DNA from: Acidobacteriota bacterium
Lineage (GTDB): Bacteria; Acidobacteriota; UBA6911; RPQK01; JAJDTT01
Reading direction: 5' to 3'
Length of the DNA stretch: 64,000 nucleotides
Assembly (NCBI GenBank): GCA_965218775.1
Contig: CBDCLS010000006.1
Span: 962,071-1,026,070 of the forward strand
This document shows positions 19,559 through 29,600 of this stretch, piece by piece; positions within the stretch are counted from its first letter, which is position 1, and every line of letters begins with the position of its first letter. The position numbers were made by a program, and so were the translations under genes. The notes below the pieces were generated by a model. It saw only the letters and a list, made by a program, of their open reading frames with translations. It did no database searches and was not told the origin of the DNA.

Positions 19559-22500
19559 TCAGGGGCCGTCTGTGCTGGCCTCGAATCTGGTTCGGACATA
19601 CTCCTTGGCGTCCTCCGGCCCCAGGCGAATACTGCCGGGGCCGCTGCGGACGTAGAGGTCGCCCATCTCGGATTTCTCCACACCCTTCCAGCGCAGATAG
19701 ACCGGCTCGGGACTGCGCTGGCAGCTCACCAGGCAAACAGTCTTCCCTGAGACGATTTGGGTCGTCGGGTCGATGCAGGTGCCAGTGCGGTCGCCCAGGC
19801 CGTTTCGGACGACCTGAGCCAGGTGGCGCATGAACTTGTCCTCGTTCTCCAGCCGGTCGCGCTCGATCCCCAGGACGGTCCGATCGTCGGCCACCCCAAT
19901 CAGGAGATCGCCCCCCTCGGTGTTCAGGAATGCGGCGATGGTCTTGAGGACGGCGTGAGTGACTTGTTGGTCATCCTTCCGGTCCTCCTTCAGGTTCCAG
20001 CGCAGGCTCGACTTGAACTCCAGGGTCTTGGACTCCTGGAGCTTGAGAAGCTCCTCCGCACGCCGGTGACGGCGAATATAGTCGTCGAAGAGGAGATTCT
20101 TGAGCGCCTGACCGAAGGCCGGGTCATCGGTGATCCGCTTGTAGAGCTCGAAGTTGGTCTCGACGATCTCCTGGATCTTGTCTTCGACTTTGGGGTCGAA
20201 GGTGAGCCGTACATTCTCCCGGGTGTTGACGCGGGCGCTGGCACCGAGGCCGGCATCCTGGTCCAATGCGTCCCGGATTTGTTCCAGGGTGATCTTGTGC
20301 TCAGGGCCCAGGTTCAGACCGAAGCGCTCATTCAGGTCGGCGATGATCTGGGAAAGCGGCTCGACCTCCTCCGCTCCCTTTCCGTGGTGGGCCTTGCTTC
20401 GCATCGGATCGAGCTGGCCCGCTCGGCGCTCCAAGGCGATCCTGCCCCGGCTGGTCTCCTGGATCCGATAGGACTCCATGTCGATATTCTGTTGGACCTC
20501 ACGCGGGAGTCCCTCGCTATCCCCGGGCAGAAGGCGTCGGAGATATCTGGCGAAGACATAGAGCTTCTCCAGGTCCAGGTCGGCGAAGGTGAGCACCTGG
20601 GACAGGAAGGCATAGAGGCGCACATAATCCCGAAGCTGACCCCGAAAGTCCGGTTGCTCTTCGGGACTGATCTCACCGAATCGCTGCCGGACCGGCTCCA
20701 GGGCCGCGTAGAGCTGGTCCTGGGTGGCCTTGGGATCGAAGTAGAGGCGGGCGAAGGCCTCCACGTCCTCGCCGGTGTAGACACCGAACTCCAGGAGCCG
20801 CCCTTGCACCTCGTACAGGAGGTTGGGATCGGTCTCCTCGGAGAGGAGCGTCGTCTCGTAGAAGGGCTCGAAGGCCTTGCGGATCTCCTCGGCCTCGTTA
20901 GCAAAGTCTACGACCATGGTTCCGGGCTTGCCACCGTGAGTCCGGTTCAATCGCGACAGGGTCTGGACCGCGTTCACGCCGCCCAGCTTCTTGTCCACGT
21001 ACATGGTGTGCAGGAGGGGCTGATCGAAGCCAGTCTGGAACTTGTTGGCCACCACCAGGAAGCGATTGGCAGGTTTGTCGAACTCTGCCGCCGTCTGACG
21101 CTCACCGATCACGTGCTGCCTCCCGGCGGAGTTCGTGCCAGACTCGGTGTATGCCTCCCCGCCGTCGCGAACGGTGCCAGAGAAAGCCACCAGGCTCTTC
21201 CAGGGATGGCCGTTCTTCTCCAGATAGCGGTCCAGGGCCAACTTGTAGCGTACGGCGTGCAGACGCGAGCGGGTCACGATCATGGCCTTGGCGCGCCCGC
21301 CGATCTGATTCTGCACCCGGGAGGCGAAATGCTCCACCATGATGGCGATCTTCTCCTGGATGGCGTGAGGGTGAAGATCGACGAACGACTTCAGGAGATA
21401 CGCGGCCTTGTTCTTGTCGTAGTGGGGGTCGTTCTCGATGGTCTTGAGGAGCCGCCAATAGGCCTTGTAGGTCGTGTAGTTCTGGAGGACATCCAGGATG
21501 AAGCCCTCCTCGATGGCCTGGCGCATGCTGTAGAGGTGAAAGGGCTCGAACTTCCCGTCTTCTCGCCTGTTACCAAAGAGCTCCAGCGTCTTTGGTTTGG
21601 GCGTGGCCGTGAAGGCGAAGGTCGAGAGGTTCGGAAGCCGGCCACGCTTGCGGATCTCCTCGAGGACCGTATTCTCGAGCTCCTCCTCGGGAGTCTCGGC
21701 TCCGGCCTCCTCCTGTTCTGCCTCATCGAGGCTCGAGGAGGACAGGACCGCCTTCAGGCTCTTCGTGCTTTCGCCCGACTGGGAGGAGTGGGCCTCGTCC
21801 ACGATCAGGGCAAAGCGCTGGCCGGGAAGCTCACCGATCTGTTCGGCGATGACCGGGAACTTCTGGAGTGTGGTGACGATGATCGTCCGGCCCGATTCCA
21901 GGGCTTCCTTGAGCTGGCGCGAGGTCTGATCGATGTTCTCTACCACCCCCAGGGTCTGCTCGAATTGGCGGATCGTGTGTTGGAGCTGCCTGTCCAGGAC
22001 GCGCCGGTCGGTCACCACCACGATGGAATCAAAGACCCGGCGATCCTCGACATCATGGAGGGTCGAGAGCTGGTGGGCCAGCCAGGCGATGGTGAAGCTC
22101 TTTCCGCTGCCGGCCGAGTGCTGGATCAGGTAGCGCTGTCCGGTCTCATGGCTCCTAGCATGCCCAACCAGCCGTCGCACCGAATCGAGCTGCTGGTAGC
22201 GGGGGAAGATCAGAAAGCGCCGACCAGTCTTGCGACCCTTCTCGCTCTCCTCTTCCACCTCATGGATGAACTGGCGGATCAGGTCCAGGACGCTGTCCCG
22301 AGCCCAGATCTGCTCCCAGAGGTAGGCCGTCGGATAGCCCGCCCGAGTGGGTGCTACCGGAGGATTCCCTGCCCCACCGAAGCGGCCCTGATTGAGGGGT
22401 AGAAAGCGGGTCTTGATGCCGGCGAGGCGTGTGGTCACGAACACCAGCTCCGGGTCCACGGCGAAGTGGGCCAGACAGCGCCGATGCGCGAAAAGAGGCT

Positions 22501-23107
22501 GCCGGGGGTCGCGGTCGTTGCGGTACTGGGTAATGGCGTCCTGGACGTTCTGTCCATTGAGAGGGTTCTTGATCTCGGCAGTGAAGATGGGAATCCCGTT
22601 CAGAAGGATGGCAAGATCCAGGCTCTGCTCGTCCTTCTGGCTAAAGCGAAGCTGGCGTACCACCGAGAAGAGATTGGCTGCGTAGAGACGTTGGGACTGT
22701 TGGTTGAGTCCGCTGGCCGGCCGAAAATAGGCCAGGTGGAAACGGCAACCTGAATCCTTGATGCCGCTCCGTAGTACGTCGAGAGACCCCCGCCGACCGA
22801 TCTCCCGTGAGAGCCGCCCCAGGAAGCGCTCCTTCACCTCCAACCCATGATGTTGACGAAGCTTCTCCCACTCTTTTGCCTGGGTAGCCAGGAGGAAGTC
22901 GATCACGTCCTTGGGAATGAGACAGAGCCCGCGGTCGTAGCCCTCGGGACTCCTCTTCAGGTAGCCCCCCGGCACTGGATCGTAGCCGTAGGAAGGCACC
23001 GACTCCCGCACCTCGATGACATCACCCGGGCAGGCGTCTGGACCATTCTCGAGCAACGCGCATTCGATTGCCTCCTCAAAGGCGCGTTCGGTGACTTCAA
23101 CCGTCAT
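19559..23107 (-). CDS. hsdR: Type I restriction enzyme R subunit (HsdR) with a C-terminal Schlafen/AlbA_2-like putative DNA-binding domain
   Basis: 1182-aa ORF with helicase motif I (GSGKSFT) and a DEAH box (IVDEAHSSQ). The last roughly 165 aa (KTLEFKSSL...FLNTEGGDLLIGV) resemble AlbA_2. Its start overlaps the hsdS stop (ATGA). Confidence 0.88.
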   Translation of the reverse strand: MTVEVTERAFEEAIECALLENGPDACPGDVIEVRESVPSYGYDPVPGGYLKRSPEGYDRGLCLIPKDVIDFLLATQAKEWEKLRQHHGLEVKERFLGRLSREIGRRGSLDVLRSGIKDSGCRFHLAYFRPASGLNQQSQRLYAANLFSVVRQLRFSQKDEQSLDLAILLNGIPIFTAEIKNPLNGQNVQDAITQYRNDRDPRQPLFAHRRCLAHFAVDPELVFVTTRLAGIKTRFLPLNQGRFGGAGNPPVAPTRAGYPTAYLWEQIWARDSVLDLIRQFIHEVEEESEKGRKTGRRFLIFPRYQQLDSVRRLVGHARSHETGQRYLIQHSAGSGKSFTIAWLAHQLSTLHDVEDRRVFDSIVVVTDRRVLDRQLQHTIRQFEQTLGVVENIDQTSRQLKEALESGRTIIVTTLQKFPVIAEQIGELPGQRFALIVDEAHSSQSGESTKSLKAVLSSSSLDEAEQEEAGAETPEEELENTVLEEIRKRGRLPNLSTFAFTATPKPKTLELFGNRREDGKFEPFHLYSMRQAIEEGFILDVLQNYTTYKAYWRLLKTIENDPHYDKNKAAYLLKSFVDLHPHAIQEKIAIMVEHFASRVQNQIGGRAKAMIVTRSRLHAVRYKLALDRYLEKNGHPWKSLVAFSGTVRDGGEAYTESGTNSAGRQHVIGERQTAAEFDKPANRFLVVANKFQTGFDQPLLHTMYVDKKLGGVNAVQTLSRLNRTHGGKPGTMVVDFANEAEEIRKAFEPFYETTLLSEETDPNLLYEVQGRLLEFGVYTGEDVEAFARLYFDPKATQDQLYAALEPVRQRFGEISPEEQPDFRGQLRDYVRLYAFLSQVLTFADLDLEKLYVFARYLRRLLPGDSEGLPREVQQNIDMESYRIQETSRGRIALERRAGQLDPMRSKAHHGKGAEEVEPLSQIIADLNERFGLNLGPEHKITLEQIRDALDQDAGLGASARVNTRENVRLTFDPKVEDKIQEIVETNFELYKRITDDPAFGQALKNLLFDDYIRRHRRAEELLKLQESKTLEFKSSLRWNLKEDRKDDQQVTHAVLKTIAAFLNTEGGDLLIGVADDRTVLGIERDRLENEDKFMRHLAQVVRNGLGDRTGTCIDPTTQIVSGKTVCLVSCQRSPEPVYLRWKGVEKSEMGDLYVRSGPGSIRLGPEDAKEYVRTRFEASTDGP

Positions 23108-24468
23108 GCCACCTCCTCCCGGACGTCGATCTTGCCGGTGACCGCCGCGGAGATCAGGGCAGTGCGGAATTCTTTGAGGCGGTCGATGGCTTCACGGTTC
23201 TTGCCGATTAGCTCATGGATCTTGACCGTCTCTTGGTCGAGGAGGTGGGTGATCATCTTTTGCTCTTGCATGGATGGAAGGGGCGTCTCGATTTCGAAGA
23301 ATGCATCTGCATAGAGGCGGAGACGCGATCTCCACACGCCCTTGGACCGTCGAATGATCTCAGCAACGTGGAGGGGAATCCGGCACAGATAGTCGTAATA
23401 CTTTGGATCAAGCTCGGCCGAGGTGACCGCATAGACGTTGTAGGAAGGGCTGACCATTCCGTCCTCTTTGGTAACTCCCAGCGCACCCATCCATGCCCAC
23501 ATTGTGTTAATCGCTAGTTGGTTTGCGTCGCAGATCTTGTAGCCCTCATGTGATTCCGCTTCGATCATAGTCACGTCGGGCTTTTCAGAACGCGGCGTTA
23601 CGCCTGTGATGTGCGACACGGTTAACAACTGTTCTGCGCCTACCTCAGACCTGAGATCCGTCTCTCGAAACAACCAACGGTTCTTCTCGGTGGACCAATG
23701 CGGCGGGATCTCACCCAACCACTCCACACCAGAGTCCTTCATGGGAACATTCCGGTCGAGGCCTCGGGTAACGGCACGCGTGATGAGGGCGGTGCGCTTT
23801 TCCTGGAGCAGCTCTATGAGCCGCTCCTTCTTGGCCACCAGCGCGTCGATCTTCGCCGTCTCGCGGTCGAGGAATGCAGCGATGACGCTTTGCTCCGCCT
23901 TATTCGGGAATCCGGCACCCTCACTGAGATAGCTGGCACTGTCGAGATTCTGGATGCCTGTGCTCTGCTTGATTGACCTCGTATTGATTCTGGCCGCATA
24001 CATCGATGAGTGAACGTAGGCCAGAAACCGTGGATCAAAGCTGTCCTCTACCGGCATGCGAGCGATGAAGTTCGAGCAGACTGCTCTCTGTTGGTACTCG
24101 AAAAGGACAACTACTCCGACTGGATGCTTGTCTCCACCACCCGACTTCTCGAGAAGCAGATCGCCGGGATGGAGCCCCCTCGTTTGCACGATCTTTGGCT
24201 CTACCGAACGAAGAGTTGGCTCATCGAGCTTGACTCGGAGTGCCACACGATCAAAGTCCGCCACACGCACACACGTAACATCATTCACTTCACCTGGATC
24301 CTCGCCCCACAACCCGTTTTGACAGCCGGTAACAGTCGATCTGAGCCGTTTAATTGCCCAATGTGCAGGCATCTGCCCTATCCACTCCACGCCCGACTTC
24401 TTGTAGTCCGGATACGGCCGAAATCGCCGGAGTTCGGCCACGTGGTCCCGCTCTAGCGCTTCAGACAT
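23104..24468 (-). CDS. hsdS: Type I restriction-modification specificity subunit (HsdS), two target-recognition domains
   Basis: Conserved central and C-terminal coiled-coil repeats (RETAKIDALVAKKERLIELLQEKRTALITRAVT / QETVKIHELIGKNREAIDRLKEFRTALISAAVTGKIDV). The probable start is the MSEALERD methionine at 24468, overlapping the abiEii stop by 8 nt. Confidence 0.85.
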   Translation of the reverse strand: MSEALERDHVAELRRFRPYPDYKKSGVEWIGQMPAHWAIKRLRSTVTGCQNGLWGEDPGEVNDVTCVRVADFDRVALRVKLDEPTLRSVEPKIVQTRGLHPGDLLLEKSGGGDKHPVGVVVLFEYQQRAVCSNFIARMPVEDSFDPRFLAYVHSSMYAARINTRSIKQSTGIQNLDSASYLSEGAGFPNKAEQSVIAAFLDRETAKIDALVAKKERLIELLQEKRTALITRAVTRGLDRNVPMKDSGVEWLGEIPPHWSTEKNRWLFRETDLRSEVGAEQLLTVSHITGVTPRSEKPDVTMIEAESHEGYKICDANQLAINTMWAWMGALGVTKEDGMVSPSYNVYAVTSAELDPKYYDYLCRIPLHVAEIIRRSKGVWRSRLRLYADAFFEIETPLPSMQEQKMITHLLDQETVKIHELIGKNREAIDRLKEFRTALISAAVTGKIDVREEVA

Positions 24469-25423
24469 CGCCCTGATCTCCTTCGTTCCGATAGGCAGCA
24501 GGCTGCCAGGGACCACCGGCGGGCCAGAAGCGCGGGAACGGCTCACCGTCGATCAAGGCGTCCCAGAGTGGCCCGAGAAATCGTCGCAGTTCCTCTCCCA
24601 AGTCCACGAACCGTGCTGGCCCGTATCCCTGACGCTCAACCTGACGCTGGAACTCCTGCCAGCGCCCTGCCCTCATGGAATCCTCGTAGAATGCTGGCTG
24701 AAGCGCCTCGGGCACATCTTTGCTGAGCGCGGTGCGCCGCCGCCGGAAGGTTTCGCCAATTGCTGTGGAAAGAGTCTCCCCGTCGAAGGCGAAGTGCCGC
24801 GCCAAGACCGCAATGTCCCAGAAGTCCCTGAGGCGCGAGTTGGATCGGCCCAGGCGAACCATCGCCTCACACTTCTCGGCCACGAAGGTCTCTCGAGGAT
24901 AAGTCCATAGGAGAGGGGCCGGATGGTACAGAAGCGTGGGGTACTCCCGCTGTTCCCGTCCGGGCGTGACGACATCGCCGAAGCCCAAGTCTGCCTGAAC
25001 GGCCAGGCGCACTTCTCCGAGCTCCCCTCCCAATCGCACACGCATACCACCATACTCCTGCTCGCCGCGAATATCCTCGATCCGCATGCTCGCCGGATCG
25101 AAGACGACTCCGTCCTCGGGGCAAGGCACCGCGCAAATCGCCTCCATCCCCAGGCGGATGCCTGCGCGATCCTCTCTGCCGCTGGCGAGGAAGTCCACAT
25201 CGTGCGTTGCTCGGAACTGTCTTCCAGTCCATACGAGGAAGAGGGTGGCACCCTTGAGCGTGAAGTGGTCCACTTCAGCCGAGAGTCCCAGCCGATAGAG
25301 AAACCGCTCGATTGCGTAGCGTTGGAGCACGAGGTTGAAATCTGATCGCTCCTCTCTCGCCAGGTTCAGGAGTCGCTGCCGAACCGAGGCCGGAACATTG
25401 CGGATCTTTCCCGTGGCCATCAT
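24461..25423 (-). CDS. abiEii: AbiEii/AbiGii-family nucleotidyltransferase toxin (type IV toxin-antitoxin / abortive infection)
   Basis: Hallmark N-terminal region IRNVPASVRQRLLNLAREERSDFNLVLQRYAIERFLYRL plus a DUF1814 nucleotidyltransferase fold. The MMATGK start overlaps the abiEi stop (ATGA). Confidence 0.8.
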   Translation of the reverse strand: MMATGKIRNVPASVRQRLLNLAREERSDFNLVLQRYAIERFLYRLGLSAEVDHFTLKGATLFLVWTGRQFRATHDVDFLASGREDRAGIRLGMEAICAVPCPEDGVVFDPASMRIEDIRGEQEYGGMRVRLGGELGEVRLAVQADLGFGDVVTPGREQREYPTLLYHPAPLLWTYPRETFVAEKCEAMVRLGRSNSRLRDFWDIAVLARHFAFDGETLSTAIGETFRRRRTALSKDVPEALQPAFYEDSMRAGRWQEFQRQVERQGYGPARFVDLGEELRRFLGPLWDALIDGEPFPRFWPAGGPWQPAAYRNEGDQGDV

Positions 25424-26085
25424 GCGCTTATCGCCTCCAACGCCGGACCGAGGAGGGAGCGAGCGCGGCACACCTCGGCAGCGCGCCAGATCTCGTCGGC
25501 TGTAGCCTTGCGCTGATACAATGCATCGCGCAGCGCCTCGTACGCCACGTCGTGGCCCACGAGCCGGCGCAAGCGGAAGCAGTCCACCACCGTACGTCCC
25601 GGATTCGTGATGCGAGCTGGGACTCCCTCGAACAGGATCTTCTCGACACCATAGCGAAGAGTCACCCCAGTGAACCGGACGACCCTAGTCGAGAACTCCG
25701 GAATGAGCGGGACCCGAGCCTTGTGGGGGATGGCGATCCAGACCTGGCGCGGCAACTGCGTCCCGAGTTCATGCACCCTCAGAGCCGACAGCAGACAGAC
25801 AATGCCCTTGGGAGCACGAGCGCACACGGCAGCGAGGCTGTAGTCCACAGTGGGCTCGGCATCGGCCAGGCGATAGAGGCCGCGGCCCACCCGCTCTACG
25901 CGACCTTTTTCGATCAGTCGTCGAAGGTCTCGCGATCCGAGGCCCAGCTCTGCCGCGTCACGCGGGCGGAAGAAGTTCCCGGCTCCGACCGCCCTGAGGC
26001 TCTCGGCCGTCAGTTGAGGAACAGAGACGGCCACTTGTTGCAAAATGTTGGCATTGGAAAATTCTTGCTGACCTTTTGATTCCAT
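25420..26085 (-). CDS. abiEi: AbiEi-family antitoxin / transcriptional regulator (COG5340)
   Basis: 221-aa ORF with an N-terminal winged-helix (RPRDAAELGLGSRDLRRLIEKGRVERVGRGLYRL). It lies immediately upstream of abiEii with overlapping stop and start. Confidence 0.78.
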   Translation of the reverse strand: MESKGQQEFSNANILQQVAVSVPQLTAESLRAVGAGNFFRPRDAAELGLGSRDLRRLIEKGRVERVGRGLYRLADAEPTVDYSLAAVCARAPKGIVCLLSALRVHELGTQLPRQVWIAIPHKARVPLIPEFSTRVVRFTGVTLRYGVEKILFEGVPARITNPGRTVVDCFRLRRLVGHDVAYEALRDALYQRKATADEIWRAAEVCRARSLLGPALEAISA

Positions 26086-26125
26086 AAGGACATAATACCA
26101 TTACCGTACCGCGAGCGGGTGTTAA

Positions 26126-26160
26126 AAATGTCGGCATATTTTCGCGTTTGCCGACATTTA
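26126..26160. promoter_or_regulatory. Putative AbiEi operator: near-perfect inverted repeat aaaatgtcggca-N12-tgccgacattt, 40-75 nt upstream of abiEi
   Basis: Palindrome read directly from the sequence. AbiEi antitoxins are known to autoregulate by binding inverted repeats in their promoter. Confidence 0.5.
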
Positions 26161-26170
26161 AGTACAATGA

Positions 26171-28309
26171 TCACGGTTTTCCACTTTGGTAGGACGACCC
26201 CGTGACGGATGCCAGCATTTTGACGATGTCGCTCTCAATCGCCTGGATATCCGCCTCGATCTCCTCCAGCGGCCTTGGCGGGCGATATTCGTAGAAGTAG
26301 CGGTTGAAGTTGATCTCGTAGCCCACGATTCCCACCTGGCCATCTTGGCTGTCTCGCCGGCCAGTGTCTATCCAAGCATCGGGAACGTGCGGCTGGACCT
26401 CTCGCTCGAAGAACGCTTCGACGCTCTCCGACAGAGGGACGCTCTCGGTGTCGCGCAGCTCCGGATCGGGCTCCGGACGTCCCTCCTTGTCGAGGCACAT
26501 CCTGGCCTCTTCGTTGCGCTCAGACAGGGCTGAGAGGATGGCTCTCTTGATCGGAGCAGACAGTTTGACGTCGGCCCTGGGAGCCGCTTCAGCCAGCATT
26601 GACTCGAACTCGGCTCGATCCTGACAGAGCTGATCGGGAAGACCTTGGAGAAGCTGACGGACGGCCGCTTGCAGGGCGCGCCCCGCCGCTTCGTCCTCGG
26701 CCTTGGCAGGCCCTCTCCTGCGGGACACAGCCAGATTGTGGAAGCCACGCTGCTCGTCCAGTCGAGCGATGCGCTCGGGTGTGGACTGGAAGTCGAGGCG
26801 CAGCGGGCGCTCGACTGTAATCTTCCGAAAGCCGAAGTGGGTGTTGGGGTAGATCCGGCTCACGACCACGTCCCGCTCTTCTCCGTCCTGCTGGATACTG
26901 CGGGTCTCGCCGTCCTGGAAGTCTGTGAGCAGCCGCAGGATGTCCTGCTTCTTTTCGAAGGGGATCTCCCTGCGCTTGGCACCCAGACTTCTCCTGAGGG
27001 GCACCCAGAACGAGCTGGCGTCAATCAGTTGTACCCTGCCCCGGCGCGCGCGGGCCTTTCGATTGGTTAGGACCCAGACGTAGGTGGCGATTCCCGTGTT
27101 GTAGAAGAGCTGCTCCGGCAACGCGATCAGGGCCTCCAGGAGATCGTTCTCCAGGATCCATCGCCGGATCTCACTCTCGCCGCTCCCGGCATCACCGGTG
27201 AAGAGGGGGGATCCGTTCATGATGATGGCGATACGGGATCCGCCCCTCTCGGGCTCTTTCTCGTGGGCCAGCATGTGGAGAAGGAACAAGAGCTGCCCAT
27301 CGCTGATACGGGGAAGGCCTGGTCCAAAGCGTCCAGCCGCGCCCCGCTCGTTCTCGGCCCGGACGGCGTCCTGGTCACGCTTCCAGTCTTTCCCATAGGG
27401 TGGATTGGCAATGAGGTAGTCGAAGTTGACACCGGCGTGCTGGTCATTGGACAGCGTACTCCCGAAGGCGATGTTCTCGGCGTCGCGCCCGTCCGCGGAT
27501 TTCATGTAGAGGTCCGACTTGCTCACCGCCCAGGTCTCCGGGTTCACTTCCTGTCCAAAGAGGTGAATATCAGCCTCCTCATTGACTGGACCTCGTATCC
27601 TGACGTCATCACGGCGCTCACCGACGGTGATGTGCTCCTTGGCGATGGTGAGCATCCCGCCCGAACCGCAGCAGGGGTCATAGACCGTCAGGACGACACC
27701 CTTCTTGCCCAGTCGCCCCTCTTCCCCAAACACCAGGAGATCCACCATGAGATGGATGACGTCGCGGGGCGTGAAGTGCTCACCGGGATTTTCGTTCAAC
27801 GCCTCGTTGAACTTCCGGATGAGCTCCTCGAATATGGTCCCCATTTTGAAGTTGTCCACTACGTCCGGGTGGAGGTTCACACGCTGCGGGTCGCCGAAAC
27901 GCTGCATCACCTGGAAGAGAAGGCCTGACTCGTCCAGCTTGCTGATGGTGTTGTCAAAGTCGAATTTCTCCAACACCTCCCGCATATTTGGGCTGAAGCC
28001 GGCGATGTAGTTTCGGAGGTTCTGGGCGATGTGGGGGGCATCGTCCAGGAGCCTCTGAAAGTCGTAGCGGGAGGTGTTGTAGAAGGCAAAGCCCGAGGCC
28101 CGTCGGAGGAGGGGATCCAGGTTGTCGATTTCGCTCTTGTACTTCGCCTGGACTTCCAGGACCGTGGGCTTGGTCGGAGCCAGCACGCAGTCAAGACGGC
28201 GCAGGACCGTCAGCGGAAGGATGACATCCTGGTATTTTCCCCGTTTGAAGGTGTCGCGGATCAGGTCCGCTACCCCCCAGATGAAGCTGACGACCTCGCT
28301 ATGGTTCAT
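26171..28309 (-). CDS. hsdM: Type I restriction-modification DNA methyltransferase subunit (HsdM), long form with a roughly 200-aa C-terminal extension
   Basis: N6-adenine methyltransferase motifs (DPCCGSGGML motif I; NPPYG motif IV). 712 aa. Confidence 0.88.
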   Translation of the reverse strand: MNHSEVVSFIWGVADLIRDTFKRGKYQDVILPLTVLRRLDCVLAPTKPTVLEVQAKYKSEIDNLDPLLRRASGFAFYNTSRYDFQRLLDDAPHIAQNLRNYIAGFSPNMREVLEKFDFDNTISKLDESGLLFQVMQRFGDPQRVNLHPDVVDNFKMGTIFEELIRKFNEALNENPGEHFTPRDVIHLMVDLLVFGEEGRLGKKGVVLTVYDPCCGSGGMLTIAKEHITVGERRDDVRIRGPVNEEADIHLFGQEVNPETWAVSKSDLYMKSADGRDAENIAFGSTLSNDQHAGVNFDYLIANPPYGKDWKRDQDAVRAENERGAAGRFGPGLPRISDGQLLFLLHMLAHEKEPERGGSRIAIIMNGSPLFTGDAGSGESEIRRWILENDLLEALIALPEQLFYNTGIATYVWVLTNRKARARRGRVQLIDASSFWVPLRRSLGAKRREIPFEKKQDILRLLTDFQDGETRSIQQDGEERDVVVSRIYPNTHFGFRKITVERPLRLDFQSTPERIARLDEQRGFHNLAVSRRRGPAKAEDEAAGRALQAAVRQLLQGLPDQLCQDRAEFESMLAEAAPRADVKLSAPIKRAILSALSERNEEARMCLDKEGRPEPDPELRDTESVPLSESVEAFFEREVQPHVPDAWIDTGRRDSQDGQVGIVGYEINFNRYFYEYRPPRPLEEIEADIQAIESDIVKMLASVTGSSYQSGKP

Positions 28310-28755
28310 GGTCCCGTCCCGTACAAGATAGAGTGGCGCACGACCGCCCGCACGTTGTGCGCCTCAACTCACTTCCTCTGACTGGTTCAGAGCATCTTAC
28401 ATGGTCTCCTCAGATACGTCGATGGTGATATTGGTATCCTAGAAATCGCGTCTCTATGAGCGTTCGACTCTGGTGGCATTCGCAGCTACAGGACACAGGT
28501 TTTGTGGTCGCTCCGGACAAACCAAATGCGGAGTTCTGGTTGTCCTAGGTGTGCTCCCCTTGGACACCATTCTTTGCTGGTGAGGCACCATCAAAACCTT
28601 CAAAAGCCCCTTCTTGACCCTTTTGATGGTTTTATAGGTCCCTCTCCCGGACCTTATTGGTTCTCTTGAGCTCTTGGATGGCCTGCCTGTAACTTGATAA
28701 GGGACTAGCTTAGCTATCTTTCCTGGTTAAGCTGTTTCTTACCAGATAAATAGAG

Positions 28756-28831
<76 letters not shown>

Positions 28832-29033
28832 ACGTTGCGGTTGGAAGTCAGGTAGTTTAACACGGCGGAAGAGGGTTTCGGAAGTGTTGCTTGGTCCGGT
28901 GATTAGTGCTCCGAGCGGCATCCCTCTTCCCGATCTGACGCTCCGGGAGGAGGGATCTGAGGATCGGCTGCGACTGGCTCTCCGCGCTGACCCTCCTTGG
29001 AATTGGTGGAGTCGCCACCTATACTCTGACGCC

Positions 29034-29600
29034 ATGAGGCCGGGCATTTTTTCTTCTCCCCGAAAGGCCTGGATTGCCGTGGTGCTGTACACCGTTTTCC
29101 TTTACAGCACCCTGACCCTCGCCTTCGATCTCTACATGAGCCTCTTTGACCGGATGGGTCGAGAGTTCATGGACAGTTTGATGAGCTGGATGTATCTGCC
29201 TCTGGGGCTCATCCTTGTTGCGCTCATATTGCTCTTCTTCCCACGTCGGATCGGAGCCCATGTGGCATTCTTGCTAGTCACCCTCGCTTTGATCTGCTGC
29301 CTCCAGTTTCTCACCGTGCCCGCGAAACGCTTTCACTTTCTGCAGTATGGTCCGCTGACCGTTCTGGTTTTCGATGCCCTGCGTTTTCATTGCCACGATC
29401 GCTATCACTATGTCTGGACCTTGTTGATCGTGGCGCTCCTGGGTCTGGGAGACGAAACCGTCCAGGGGATCCTGCCGGATCGACACTTCGGTGTAGCGGA
29501 TGTCGTGCTCAACTCGGTAGCTGCTCTCCTCACCCTGGCCTTCCTTGGTTTCGTCATTGGAGATGAGAACTATCCCTGGGGCAGACGCAGCAAGCGTTGA
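29034..29600 (+). CDS. VanZ-family membrane protein
   Basis: Multi-transmembrane protein with the VanZ-like motif GLGDETVQGILPDRHFGVADVVLN. The start is the Met at 29034 within a longer ORF. Confidence 0.6.
   Translation: MRPGIFSSPRKAWIAVVLYTVFLYSTLTLAFDLYMSLFDRMGREFMDSLMSWMYLPLGLILVALILLFFPRRIGAHVAFLLVTLALICCLQFLTVPAKRFHFLQYGPLTVLVFDALRFHCHDRYHYVWTLLIVALLGLGDETVQGILPDRHFGVADVVLNSVAALLTLAFLGFVIGDENYPWGRRSKR

Noticed and set aside
19757-22402. 881-aa plus-strand ORF inside hsdR. Similar long antisense ORFs occur elsewhere, e.g. 6733-7875 in tig, 9725-11014 in the BNR gene, 37970-38836 and 14329-15195.
   Set aside because: High-GC genomes generate long stop-free antisense frames. These have repetitive low-complexity translations (G/L/V/R/P-rich) and no domain signatures, and they overlap well-supported genes entirely.
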